DNA of 64,000 nucleotides from Lytechinus pictus (Eukaryota): NCBI RefSeq assembly GCF_037042905.1, contig NC_087249.1, positions 8,620,001 to 8,684,000 of the forward strand, read 5' to 3'. Shown piece by piece: positions 34,851 to 49,300 of this stretch (position 1 is its first letter; each line of letters starts with the position of its first letter). The notes under the pieces were generated by a model. It saw only the letters and a program-made list of their open reading frames with translations, ran no database searches and was not told where the DNA came from. The position numbers and the translations under genes were made by a program.

Positions 34851-35158
34851 GTACATAACCTGCTATAAGGTTTTTCGTTTTCACAATTGCACTATGTGAC
34901 TAGTCATCCCAAAACCAGCTATACAATAATTAGCTTATTTGAAACAATACTTTTTTTTTGTTCCTACTGTCCAAATTTCAAGTTGTAAAGTTGAATAGAA
35001 AAAATAATACAAGAGTTTCTTTGACACCTTTTTTTGTGGATTGCTTGGAAGTTTCATTGAGATTACACAGTGTGCACATCTCATGCTTGAGAGAACCCTG
35101 AACTTCAAAATTGTGTTCTCTACAGTGCTCTCATATAATTACTTCTGTATTCATTTAA

Positions 35159-35752
35159 AGGGATGCTCCAGGCTGAGAATATTTATATCTGAATATATAG
35201 AGTGATATTCGCAGAGCGAAATGCTGAAAATTTCTTTAAAATCGGATAACAAATAAAGAAGTAATTGAATTTCACAGTTTAGCAATATTTTGTAAAAACA
35301 GTTATATGCACATTGTCATGAATATTCATTAGATGGGCTGATGATGTCGCATCCCCACATTCCTTTTTCTAATGTTATTACATGAAATCATAATTGTTTC
35401 ATTTTTTTTATACATGCATAAATGATGTGTCTCAATTATGATGAAATAAGTTGCAGCAATAAAATTTAATGCACTTAGTCAGGTGACAATCCAATTGTTT
35501 CAGATCTTAGTAGAAAATTTTTGAATAAACCTAATTTCATATAATAAATACAAAAGAACAAGTGGGGATATGACATCATCAGCCCACCTAATGAATATTC
35601 ATGAAGACATGCCTTGAACTGTCTCACTGGAATAATGCAAATCTTTAATATTCAATAACTTTGTTATTTTTTATGTTTTATTTAATTTTGATCAAATTTT
35701 CAGCATTTAGCTCATTGAATTTTACTCTATTTATTGAACTTGGCACAGCCCT
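35159..35752. mobile_element. TTAA-flanked MITE abutting a piggyBac-like mini element (35757-35868)
   Basis: TTAA at 35155, 35753 and 35869; long inverted arms. The mini element ends in aaaggg|ttaa. Confidence 0.7.
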
Positions 35753-38700
35753 TTAACTCTTTGTGCGCTGGACCATGAACCCATGAACAATGCATTGTTT
35801 GTTGAGTGTGAAATGCGAAGTTCGCACGGCACCGAGTGTGCATTGGTGCGAAGTACGCGTGGAAAGGGTTAAGTATTTATGTAGGTTATTGTTGATCAAT
35901 TTTGCCAAGTTATATATCATTTTAAAGCTTAGAATGTGCTTTTCCAAACTCAAAGATCTAAAAATTCAATTTGGGCGACTTATTGTTCATGGGGGGGGGG
36001 GGGTGGTCACATATATTCCTCACTGGCCGGAGCCATCCTTGCAAAAAGCAGATATTTTTCAGGATCCCAAATACATGTAGGTGGTTTTCATGAGTTCAGA
36101 GTCTCTTCTCCTCTTTCTGTTTCCCATTCATGATAACAATCTGACTGCTCTGCTTAAGATTACCAATTAATCACAATAACTTTTGAACAATTAGTGGAAG
36201 TTTGTCTAACCATCTCCATGATCTAACCAAAGAAGGCTAATACTTGTTTGACAAATACTGAAGTCATGTATTAGCTCTGTTAAATTACGTTTGCCTTTCC
36301 CTATTTTCCCAAACACCGGTTATGCTTATTAATGCTTCTACATTAGATCATGAATGTTTTTTATGAAGGTTCTACCAAGTCTTATGTTCTAACACTACAT
36401 GTATAGGCCAATGAAATTAGGACGCTTCAAATTTACAAATACACACTGTATGTACATTTAAGTAGTTGCATTGTGTGCTTACTCATGGTATCATGCGCAC
36501 TTTAAAGAAAAAATGTTGAGTGATAACCACAAATATTCAGTATTACATTTGTATATCAATTTACCTGTAACATACACACACTTGTATTTTTAAAGGTATT
36601 TGTACCTTTTTTTTTACATGTAGAAAATGACAAGTGGGGAATTTTGCTCACATGTTCATTGTCAACCAAGGATGGTAACTTTTGGGGAATACAGTATATA
36701 TACCATTTGTAAAGTAAAGTATTCCCTGTGCTTATCATCCCCTGTATCATATTGATATCAATTTATTTGAATGGTCATTGGCAATCTACATCTAGTATCA
36801 ATATCAAATTTCTCAAATTTGACTAATAGAGATGTAGCAAAAGACCCTACTTTAATGTGTTCATTTTAGTTCATACACAGAGATACTATTAAGAACAAAT
36901 AATTGTAAAATGCAACTTTTTTCCATCCTTTAAAGTGTACCTTATCCAAATAATTGTGTAAGAGGCCTATCAATGCTGTGTGCCTGTTTCAAAATTTCTC
37001 TGTATTCTTATCCAAAGCTGATCTCAACAACTGAAATTTCTTTTCTTTTTTCTGATGAAGAGTAATGCATTGATTAGCTTTTTGAAGTGGTCTAAATTAG
37101 AGTCAGACACCAATCTTGTCTTGCAAGATTGGGAGAGGAGAAATTCTAAAAATCGTATCAAACTTGTCATTGGATCATAGTGGTTGAAAAACAACCTGTG
37201 ATTGGAATATTTCTTTGTCATATTGATACTGCGACCACCCAAAGACAGAATATGCATGTATGATGTAAGCAGCCTGTCTTCTGTCAGTCAATTTTACAGT
37301 TCAGGGCCCGTCTTACAAAGAGTTGCGATTGATCCGATCAATCGCAACTATAGACGGCCAGCAAAGTCAACATGTATTATGCATGCTTGTTTAAAATATT
37401 TTTTAGCTATGATGTATATTCATGCATTGTTTTATTAAAAATTAACTGTGCTTCTCTTTGTTTACAAAGGACATTGTGCAAAGTTCCTATGGAAAAAATT
37501 ACGAAACTGATGGATTTCCATAGAGTTACGATTGATTGGATTAATGGTAACTCTTTGTAAGACGGGCCCCTGAAGTCAGATTATGAAATGCATGGTGGGT
37601 TTCATGTTATATATTTACCATTCAGCCATCATTTATCCAGAATGATTAACGTTTTATTTCATCTTAAACAAGATGACTACAAAATTCTTATGCCGTGAGC
37701 ATGGAGCACTTGTAGGCAACAAGTTTATTCTATCCAAACATAAGTAATGATCAACGACAACACGAATGATATAATAATTAGACTTCTATGCCCACAGATA
37801 TTTTATAGAATGGTTTCCCTCTACGTTACTCTCATGTACAGCCAAAGACCTAAATATGTGTAAGAGCACTGGACAAAAGGTGACAAGATTAGGATGTTTA
37901 CCCTTTTTCTTTCTTTACTATGACCTGGTAATGGGCCGTCCACTGATCTTGTACATGTATATAATCTCTATTTGTCTCTGAATGATGAATGAAATGTACA
38001 GCTCACACTTGTGTATACATATACATAAATATATTATACAGAATGCATGATAAATCTTTGTGACCATATGCACTTGAAAATACTTGTCTATATTTCACTG
38101 CCATTTTGTACACTTTTGATGAACATCCGCTGGTAGGTACATGTAGTGTAGAACTTTGCCATCTTGAAGCTTGGAAAAAGACCAACAGAATATGTCTTGT
38201 GTAGAAGATAAAAGGAAAATAGTATGTGTCACGCATTATGCTGCAGTAGAAGAACTCGATGGGGGAAAGTTGATTTCTTGATTTATGTCACTATGATGTC
38301 CCTTAAATGGTATCTCGAAGAATTGTCATTATTGAACTGAGTTGGGAATACGATACTTTCATCTACATGTACAAGTAGTTTTGTATCATTTGAATTTATC
38401 AATCATGCTTTTGAATATGATCTAAATGATTTTTTAATAAAGTCCAACTTTTTTCAGGGATGGGAAGAGAAGAATGTCGATATCAATCATGGCATTCTCT
38501 TTACAGAAACTTGAAGATTACATAACTATGCAGAATCATTGTTTATCTTACTCCCTCTCTTAAATTAGATTTGAGTTGTTCTTATGATTTAGTCTCATAC
38601 AACGGTTATAAATATTTTGTGTAAAAAGATAGACTTGAAATTTAAAATGTTTTCAAGAACTAAATGTATTTAAAAGTAAGTAGAATGATATGAAAATATA

Positions 38701-41700
38701 TTCTGGAATGGTATTGTCTTAAAGACTGCATTGATGCTAGTCTGCAGGCACATATTCATATTCATTTAAGCAATTATACCATGACTAGATTGAAGACTAG
38801 ATGCCAAACTCTCTGCCTGTGTTGGTAGAGCCAGCCACAGTACATAATGAATCTAGTCTCACCAATTCAGACTCTGCATTATGCAATATGTGAATTACAA
38901 ACACCAAGGGTCTGTGCCTGCAGACTACATTGACGCTGTCTAAAGATTCTCTCTCCAGATACGAATTACATTGTACATCAAAATATGCTATTACCTTTCG
39001 TCTTAGGCGTATATAATAATTGAATCTCACATTCCCTTTGGGTTTTTTTTTCCACTTGTACGTATGTCGATTTTATTTATCGTTTAATTTCAATGTTTGT
39101 TGGAAGACCAAACTATTATGTGTTAAAAAAAATTTACACCTTAATAGTTTTTTTATTGTGAATCCATGCATATCATTCAGGTATGATGAATACTACTCGT
39201 GTGTTGATTAGGTATGCGCTCTGGCGATAGTCGCTCCTCTCATAATTTCTGTGAAGCTGTTTGGCTATGGATAGGGTGAACGATCTGGGTGTTGGTATAG
39301 TAGGGATTAGCATTCGGGTTAGAATTAGGTTGGGTTAGGTTTTATGTTTTGTTTGACGTGCAGATTTCCTAAAGGATCGTTTGTCGCCAGAGGAAATGTC
39401 ACGGAATCATTGTCTAAGAAGTGTATGAAATTATATCTGTATAATATTAGTAAGTTTAAGAGGGGAAATGTATACTTTTATCTGAAATACTAGTTAATAT
39501 GCACAAGATGGTTTGCACAAATTATTATCCAAGACTTATTTCTTCTTTTTTTTGGTCTCCTTTCTGCATAATTGATGGTCTAATGTGTGACTTATCAGCA
39601 GATCTGTATCCTTAGATATCGTATGGGTGTTTTTTAGGGGTTTTATTCAACTACCCTGTTGCTATGTCTGGCAAGCAACTACTTCAGAATATCAATATCC
39701 AATAGAAGTTTCCAATTTGAAAATTGGTCAATGGAGATTGCAGATCAATTTCGCCAAACGATCGTGGTATATAATTCTTGGATTCCACAGTCTGTATACA
39801 TCACATATTACTATGTCTGGCACGCAACGACTAGCTTTCAGAATGCCGGTATCCAATTTGAAAATTGGTCAATGAAGATTGCAAATCGGATTCACCAAAT
39901 CATCATAATTTTAAAGTTTGTGGATGGCCCATAGATCGGAACGGTCTGTATCCGTTACAGAATTATTGGAAGTCCTATGTGATCAGTTCTTCTTCCTCAA
40001 ATTGGCAAATATTCTTGGTGTATCATTTGTTTGAAATACATAAATTGAAAACAGATATGAGCTGACATGAACTCATGAAGTATGTTTAAAAAATAAGAAT
40101 TAACAATACATATGAAAAAAAAACCTAATTTGAAATTTTCTGTTGCATTGTTAATTCAACGTTTTTGTAGTGATCATTTTCTTTCATAACCATTGTTGAC
40201 AACAACGCAAGATCTTAAAGGAATTCAACCGAGCAAAGTACATATTCCCTATCTGTCCATATTCTTGGTATGATTATAAGGGTTTTGCATCAAAATCCCA
40301 TGCCAAAAGTTACTGGGCCAATCACAGAATGTTGACCCTCTGTCACAGAGTGGGTCACAAATGTTTTTTTATTCGTTGTCCATGATGTTAGACTTCTGAT
40401 GGTTTTATGAAACAGGATCTTGGTCTGCTCCCTGTTAAAGGCACACATATATCTGAACCATATTTGAGAACGTATGAAAACAGATATATCTTTTTCTAAG
40501 AGAGAATACAATACACACGTAAGTAGCAAGAGGGATTAGATTATGTATTTCTATGAACCTTCCTAAATGGTCAGCGTTGCTTCTAACATGTTTATGTAAA
40601 AACAAATGATTTCAGAGAAGCAAATGGTGCTTTTACAAATTGCTGTAAAATCATAGTGCTTCATTTGTGATAAATGTATTCATAAGTTCAGTTGAGTGCT
40701 TGGTTGCAGATGTCATTTTAAGTATTGTCGTTGTATTATCACTGAGTTGGTGGTGTAAATATGGCTCGAGTTTTATATGCATGCAGTTGCATGTAATCTG
40801 AAATTATATGAGTTTGGGCATCATACATGTAGGTCGAGCAACCATTCAGAGTTCAATATAGTATGTCAACTTTTTATGTGATAAACAATCAAGATGAGCT
40901 TATTCTGGTGCATTCATCCATCTTTTTTTAATTGATCTTTTACAATTTGCATTATATATTTCACAGGATTAGATAGTTGAACATACATGTAGGATAACAG
41001 TTACATTTATTTTTTTTTAATGCAGCAAAATTAGCTCACATAATCATAGGTGACATTGTTATGATTTTTATGCTTGTAGTATATCTGAAGCTGGATGTAC
41101 ATCAATTTCATTTCACTGTAGACTTATTCACAGCGGATTCCAAAAAAGGCTCACAAACTTGAGGTGCAAGTTACCATGGCAACATCCCAACTGCTAAAAC
41201 TCTCACCATTATATCACATGACCTCTGATACCAGCGATATAAATGATTCATGTACGTGCTAGGGGGCCGTAAGGATATGTGTAGTAGGGAGAGGTTTTAT
41301 GCTTGCACTGATATAAAAGTGTTTTTTTTGTAAATGGTGCAATAAAAATACTCATGAAATTGAAACCCTTTTGTAAGCAAGTGTGGATGGGCTTCAGATT
41401 AGATTACTGAGTATCCGGGGCCCCGTCTTACAAAGAGTTACGATTGATCCAATCAACCTCAAGTATATGGAAATCCATCAATGTCATAATTTTTTTCTTT
41501 AGGAAATTTGCACAATGTCCTTTTGAAAACGAAGAGAAGCATACTGAATTGTCAAGAAAACAGGGACTGTATGAATATACATTGTATCTAGAAAATATTT
41601 TGAACAAATGTGTATTTTAGATGTTGACGTTGCTGGCTTTCCATAGTTGTGGTTGATTGGATCAATTGCAACTCTTTGTAAGATGGGGCCCTCTTCTCAA

Positions 41701-43004
41701 ATTAAGATTTCAAATTATTTGGAAGTCTGATGTTCAATAATAAACCAGACGAAAATAATTAATGAAGAATCTGCCCCATCATCGGAATGGGAGACATTTC
41801 CACCAGTAAAAGATATTACATGAAATATGTAGTTTGAATTTAATATATTTTCATTAATTATTAAGAATGCAAATTTGCTTTTATTCATTATTATTATAAA
41901 TATTCTTATAATTGATGTTAATGGATTTTGTTTAATCATATCTGATGAAGTCATTTCCTGATTTATAATATTGTATATTTTAATACACTAAAATTTCCTG
42001 TATTTTTCTTGTAGTTCTATTAGTTATTTTTGTAATTATGTTGGGGAAAATGGAGACTGGATATCTTGCTTAGAGAACCTTGCAATTAAAGCTATGTTTG
42101 CATTGAATGGAATTTTATAAAGTGTAAGTACAAATCATAATGTCAAAATTATCTTTGATAAAAGAAAATGGTCGAGCTCTCCCAATTTTCATGAAAATGA
42201 TGTTTGTATGTGGATATAAATAATATTGGATAAACTGTATCAGCATTTGTGTTGCAGAAAATCAGCCATACATTCAAATTGGTGTTTATACCGTACATGT
42301 ATATATTCACAAAGCTATGACAAGTCTGCTGTAGGCTTATGTGTTTCATCATCTTTATTTTAATCTGTATATACATATATATCATATATTGCCCACCTAC
42401 TCTGTGAAGAATTTCAAAGTTGTAATATTTGTAAAACACTGATGGGATATCTTTGTTAGCAGAGTAAAATGGATTTAGGGTGATTACAATGAATTTCTCC
42501 TAAGCTACAATCGCAAACATGATTTGCGAATCAATATGCAATAGGAAATATTGTCCCTGTGGGCTATTGTTAAAAAAAAATTCACAGTAAATCTAAAATG
42601 TTCTCCCTTGATTTAAGCCTACCCATAATGCAATTTGACCCAGGAAGTAAAGGTCAAGCTTGGAGTGTATAATGCGTTTATGAACGGGAGGAAGGGGCCA
42701 TCATAGAATCGCCTTCCAAACCATACTTTTCAGTTTTCAGCATTTCTTATATGATGATGTTTTGAAAGTTGTTTATTTGTACAAATAATGAAAAAGTGCT
42801 TGAATGCACCTTGGTTAAAATTATACTTCTTTGAAAACTGTGTTTCTAGGGTTGAAAAACCTGTCGCTTGAACACACTCCTAATCATGCCTGCAATATTT
42901 AGTTGAGAAATCTTGTTTCTTTCCTCAAATATTTCATGATTCAAGTCAATGATCTATGCTCAGACATAATATGTTCAATATACCAGAATTTTTCTAAGGT
43001 AAGG

Positions 43005-43216
43005 CGACACGACATATGTTCCTGCGACATTTGCTCCGGTCTTAATGTCTCAGAGGGCATAGGGTTAGAGTTAGGATTGTAATGGAGTTTGTGGTTCAGA
43101 ATAGTGTAAGGGTAGGATTAGGGTTTATTTAGTTTTGGAGGTTTGATTTTAGGTTTGGCTGAACTTGCGGATTTTTCATCAGAGCAATTGTCGCCAGAGC
43201 AAATGTCGTGGAACCA
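43005..43216. mobile_element. Small MITE with degenerate TTAGGG-like interior (relative at ~39211-39408)
   Basis: cgacatttgctcc / gagcaaatgtcg inverted ends; interior gggttagagttaggattg... Confidence 0.55.
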
Positions 43217-44599
43217 TTGTAAAGGTATCTCCCATTCCCCTATTCGCTACACTTTCCATTCCTTATTAAACACTGTTTGACAGACATCTAGTTTAGGATA
43301 AGATAAGGTGCTAATATTGCAAATTGTATTTTGTACTGATTTATCGATTTTGTTGATGTCCAGTGTCCATTGAAATAAAAAGCCATCTTATCAGATACAA
43401 CAAAACGCAATTAATAAAAATGATTTTAGTCTGGATTTATTCATTATCCCCTTTCTAATCTTGGGAGTGAATGTGAGTAAATAGTGTATTTTTCTGAAAT
43501 ATATATATACTTATATACATATATATATATACACTTGTGTTTACAAACCATTAGCATTTCTGGAACATTTCTGCATGTTATTGTCCACTTTATTTAAACT
43601 ATATAATAGAACAACGCTCCATTTATTACAAGTTAGTCTCCCAATTAAGTGTCCTACTTTATGTATTCATATATTTCAAATGTTGTTTACTGTCACAATG
43701 TTTAAGAATATTTCAACTTGCCCATCATGTTTTTGTTTCTTATATGTGTATTTTGTAATTTCTGCCCACCCCCCCCCCCCCCTCTAGCCTAAGGGGAATG
43801 TTTTGTAATATATAGATTTCACCACATCTGGATAAAATGAAATAAAGATTACCCCTTTTTTGTGTACAGGGGGAGTGAGACCATTTATGCCACAGTCGTG
43901 AGTGTTATTATTCAAGTAGTCTTTGATAAATACTGATGGTGAAGTTTTCTATTGATAGCTGGAAGAAAATTAATTCGTCAGCCTACTTAGGCTATAATCT
44001 AAACGGAGGATGCAGCTTATGTCTTTGCCTCTAAGACCCGTATTCTGAAGTCGGGTTTAACTTAGACCATTGTCTAACTTTGCTATAATAATGGGAAGCC
44101 AAACGTTTCAAAATTTTGTTTACAGTGAATGCTTCTCATGTTAATTGTGCTCTTCACTAATTATTGAATGGTGAAGACAATTGTCATACTTATCCTTCCC
44201 AGGCAATTAATAATGTTTGGGAGTCAAATGAGCTTAGACATTGAACCTCTACTGTTATAGATTTATGTAACAACTGGCTTTCCATAGTTAAACCATAACT
44301 TAAAACCAGAGTTTAAATTAAAAAACTTTGAGAGTCTGATGTTGGATGCTGTTTAATACAGTTGGCAGCAACTAGTCTTCCGCATCCAATTTGTATTGCT
44401 GATGTTTCACGCAACAGCATCAGACTCATAAAGACAAAAGCCACAGCCCCTGCCTCGATTACAGGCTACACCACATTGGATGATTTTGGTGTTGCAATTT
44501 CTAGTGTTGGGTTTTGAGTCAATTTTCACACCAGCACTGCACCAACGTAGGAATAAGATTGGTCTTGGGGCAGGTCTCGGTTGGTGTTTAGCGATCAAT

Positions 44600-45070
44600 A
44601 ATGTGCTTCAAGCTCCAACACCAAACTTGATTATGTGTTGGAGCTAGGAAAGCAATCTAAATTGTGTTTCAATCACCAACACCAAACTTTAATATCTGTT
44701 GGAGCTAGGGAAGGTAATCTGATTTGTGCTTCAAGCTCCAACACCAAACTAAATTATGTGTTAGAGCTTGGAAAGCAATGATCTAAATTGAGTTTCAATC
44801 ACCAACACCAAACTTTAATATGTGTTGGAGCTAGGGAAGGCAATCTGATTTGTGCTTCAAGCGAGCAAAACTAAACATGATTGTAGGAACTAGGGAAAGC
44901 AATCTGATTTGTGCTTCCAACACCAAACGTGATTATGTGTTCGAACTGGGGAAGCAATCTGAATTGTGCTTCAAACATCAACACTAACACTAAACTTGAT
45001 TAGGTGTTGAAGCTAGGAAAAGCAATGTGAATTGTGCTTCCAACAACCAACGTTGATTATGGGTACTAAG
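44600..45070. repeat. ~60-bp tandem repeat, about 8 units, with an internal hairpin
   Basis: Unit of the form tgtgcttcaagctccaacaccaaact..attatgtgttggagctaggaaagcaatct; A/B variants alternate in the first four units. Confidence 0.85.
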
Positions 45071-45354
45071 CTAAATGGCAATATTTATGAATATGAATTA
45101 TGAAGTCTTTCCTCGCAGTAGGCATATACCGTCTAAAACAGGAAGACATATTATTGACCCATTTACCAACCTTACAGCCCTTCACATTAATTAATACACA
45201 CACACATACCCACCCTCACTCTCCCACACACACGCACACACCCTCTCCCTGACACCCTACACAATAAGACCCCCCTCACACACAAATACACACACCTGTG
45301 AATAAGTATCGGCCCAATATAAACATAACATGTGTAAATATGAATTACTAGCAT

Positions 45355-45490
45355 GACTGATTGATTGATTTTATTTGTCAGGTAAACTATAACAAGTACA
45401 TGAATACATGAAATACAAACAAATGCATTGACAGGATAGCCCATGGGAGCCGAGATGGCTTATTTCCAATGGGGTCCTAACATAAGTAAT
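45355..45490 (-). mobile_element. LINE 3'-end fragment with (AATC)n tail (LINE B-like)
   Basis: gattgattgattttattt...gcttatttccaatggggtcc matches 6100-6211. Confidence 0.65.
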
Positions 45491-46189
45491 TGATGACAAA
45501 GAACATTTATGAAAAACACCTATAAAATCTACAAACTACATCAATTAAGTCTAGACCACTAAATCAACAAGATGAATTGTAAAACTTAATGTATAAAAAG
45601 ACAAATCAGTGTCACAGCAAAACTTTCAAGCATTCAATAAAAAGTTTTGATGCCACACTCATATTTTGGGGGTCTTTTTATAGAAAAAATATATAACAAG
45701 CCATCATAGATATTATTATTACACCTAGCAAATACCATTCTACATGTGGCAAGGTCACAATTTTTTTATTTAAAACAGTTGCGATTACTAATACTAGTAC
45801 AAAGTTCGAAAAATAAATTTCTAGTCCGAGTCTCTTGGCAGCTGAGTCCTCAGTGCCAAGTGGAACCATACGGAATGCGGTTGAAATGGTTTGGAGCAGT
45901 GAGATCAATCCAATTATTCGTTTTTCTTGAATATATTTGAAATATCTTTTAAAAGTTAAGACATTCATAGTTTTTATTCAAAAACAAAATCAATCGTCTG
46001 GCGTTGCCAACAACTTTCAATCTCGTCAGTGAACCCGCAAATAAAAGAAAAACAAACTTTCTCAAGATATGAGAAAGGAAAGAAAGTGCAATCACATCAT
46101 TATTCTGCAGGTATTATTTCATTCTTCCAAAATAAATGAGTTTTGTAATCGAAAATGACCGCATGAAAAAGAACATACTCGTCGAAGCT

Positions 46190-46226
46190 TACAAATAGAG
46201 GATTGTCTAGAGATACATATTCAGAC
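46190..46226 (+). promoter_or_regulatory. Candidate core promoter of the peptide gene
   Basis: TATA-like TACAAATA (46190) lies ~31 nt before an Inr-like TCAGAC (46221), about 95 nt upstream of the ATG. Confidence 0.4.
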
Positions 46227-46317
46227 GTCAAAGACGACAACAGTATTCGCTTTCAACAAGTTTATCTGACCCTGTACTCGCACGATCCTGCAACCTTTGC
46301 TCAAGTCTTGAAACAAG

Positions 46318-49300
46318 ATGAAGTCCACGCGATTCGCCATTCCTCTCTTCATGGTACTCATCTTCGTTGTTTACCAAGCTTCTTCATCTCATGGTAAGTA
46401 AATAATCTCATTTTTTTCTTTAAAAATAACGTTTCATTACGGTAAAGGAGAATGAAACCCTGGTAACAAGTAAGCTTGATTTAAGACAAAAAAAAATAAA
46501 GAAAACAAATCAATGAAAGTTTAGGAGAAAATTACCAAATAATAAGAAAGTTACCAGCATTTCAAAGTTAAGATTTCTAATGATAAATTATGAACATCCT
46601 CTTATTGGCAATGCCACCAAAATGTGTGATTTCACGCTTGTACAACTCCCCAATTATCTTTTACATATTTTACTTAAATTGTCATTTTCTCAAGTCTATC
46701 CAGAGATCAGGGTCATGTCTTACAAAGAGTTAAGTCGATGCAATCAATCTCAATTGTATGGAAATCCAATCCTCGTAATTCAAAAAGTTAAAAGTTTGGG
46801 GAAAGATCCTATGCTCATACATTCCCCACATTGAGGAATAATAGCCTTCCTGAAGACATAAACTAAACCGTCTCTTTTGAGTCTTCAACATCTCAAATCT
46901 ATTTTAATTGATTATACTTATTATCTATTAATAGTTAGTTTGACATTCACTTTGTTATTTAAAACAAAACTATAAGATTAGAATCAGATTTCTAAACTGA
47001 ATGAAGTATACTATTTTTATTGATTTCCATTTTTTTTTAAGTAGATTAAAATTCAAAAGTTTTGAATGAAAAAATTGAGTCTTTTCCGTTCATGTCGTGT
47101 CATTTCATTATTAAATATTTCATTCTATAAAGATCTGAAAAACAAGGGTTTCTCCCCAAAGTCGCAATTGTTTCCCTAAATGTAAAAAAGTCGAATAACT
47201 GCTTAAACTATTCATCAATCAACCGAATTGATAGGGTATTGTTTTCAAATCTGAAAATGTATTATCATTTTCTATTACTAGTATTAATACTCGTCTAAAT
47301 GACTGGGTGGGATAAAATCAAACGGGAAGGTTGAAATTTGGGCGGTATAAATCATGTAGTTGAGAAGTTATTTAATGAACGATTTCAGGATAGAACTCAA
47401 TAACATGATGAGTACAGTAGGCATGTTCGTATACAGTTTCTTTTACAGGAATTTCAAGTGTCATATAGGCCTACTCCGGTTTTATTCAATATGTTTGATT
47501 TTCGTTCGTCGTGTAGGTTTCGTATATCCTGATGTGGATGAGGAAGTAGCATCTGGTAAGTTTTAATCCTACTATCTAATTTTTTTTACGTCACATCATT
47601 GGTGCTATTGTGGAGATATAGAGATAGGGGCAAAATGACGAAGAAATGTGTCAAATGAACAGACGGAGGATCAAAAGAATAACGATATAAATTGACAAAT
47701 TTAACAAGGATATTAATAAGAATGAGGGTCTGTGAGGGTCTGCCTGCATTTACGCAGATCCCTGAAGCTCCGCCATTTTCTAGATTCGAGTCCTGGTCAC
47801 GTCTTGCGGATGGTGGCGTTGATTCCATTCAAATCAATATTGTTTTATTATCCAATTCCAGTTTTTCATATTTACAATGACGATGCACTTAGCATAGCCT
47901 CATAGCATATGATCACATTTCAAGAACATGTATAAAGATCAACGTAGACATTAAAATATTAAAAGCAAAATATACAAACAAAATATAAATAATTGAAACG
48001 GATTGTGGGGCCAACTGTAAAGTAGAGCTTGAATGACGTAGGAAACTGTTCAAAAGAAAGAAACACCTTAAACGTTTTCCCATGATTTTTTTTTATTAGA
48101 TTTTATTTAAAAATAAATATCGATACCTGTATGTCCATATCAATAAATCAAACACGAAGGAATAAAACCTCTTTACTCCTAGCTTTTTCATCTTGTTTTT
48201 TTTTTTTTTTTTTTTTTTGGGGGGGGGTGTTGTATGCACTTGTACGGAAGTGTGGAAATAGTAGAGGTATTGTAGTTAACGTCTCAGTCTTATGCTGCAA
48301 CATCTTTATTATTTTTATTGCTGTCTTTTTCCATGCGTAACGCTTTTCTATGCAATAAACATGTATCATTCTGTTATTCATCATCATGGTATTATTACGT
48401 ATGTGTTTGCAAATTTGCAATATAAAATGAAATAATGATAACAATCACACTCAACCACACACACACACCCGCACACAGTTCATAATGGTTAAACCGTTCG
48501 GCTGGAATGCAGACTAATCCACTGTATCCACTGTGACGTACGTATGCAGGTATCAATAATAAAATTTATATAACAGAAAAAAGAGAAGGTGATAAAAAAG
48601 ATGAAAGGGAAAAATGTGGATAAAATACAAAGGACAGCAAATTAGTGAATGAAAAGAGCGTTTATTCCATCATTGAAAACGCCACCATTGCGAATGTAAT
48701 ATTTATATAATATTGACTGGTCTTGAGGGGAACATCAAATATATTGCCAGCAAAAGAATCATATTGGCCCGAGTCTTTAGACGAGGGCAATATGGGTCTT
48801 TTAAGGGCAATATATCTGATGTTCCCCGAAAGAAGTGCAGTCAATATTTTTATTATCATCCAAATCAGATATCTAGAGCAAAAATCATGATAACAGTGAT
48901 ATCTTTTAAGAATAGTGTTCTGTTGTGTCATGATAATATCAGTGTCTAGGCTCTGCACTTTACCATTATGACGTACTTGCAAGCGCCCAGATCCAGCGTT
49001 GTCTTTATTATGACGTAGATCGTTGGTGCGCGGAACATTATGAAGCGTATCACTTCATCCGCATCCTCAAAGGCCCGGATGTGAGAACAGGGAAAATACA
49101 AAGGTCTATTTTGCGTCGTCTCTGCATGCAAAGTCAATACGCGCATTGAGACCGAGGAAAATACAAACATTATACCTATCCCTTCCTGATAATAATAAAA
49201 TACAGGGAAATACGGTTTTGTAAATGACCAGCTCAGATGTCTGATACGGGTGATAATTATATAATATTGACTGGTCTTGAGGGGAACATCAAATACATTG

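Noticed and set aside
39270..39350. Interstitial telomeric repeat
   Set aside because: Only degenerate TTAGGG-like words inside a small TIR element, with a second copy at ~43060-43160.
39660..39900. ~148-bp diverged direct duplication with overlapping short ORFs (a similar pair lies at ~54170/54390)
   Set aside because: No splice or coding signal and no element termini recognised; treated as local duplications.
44600..45070. CRISPR-like array (palindromic repeats at regular spacing)
   Set aside because: The intervening sequences are themselves repeats rather than unique spacers, there are no cas genes, and the context is eukaryotic.
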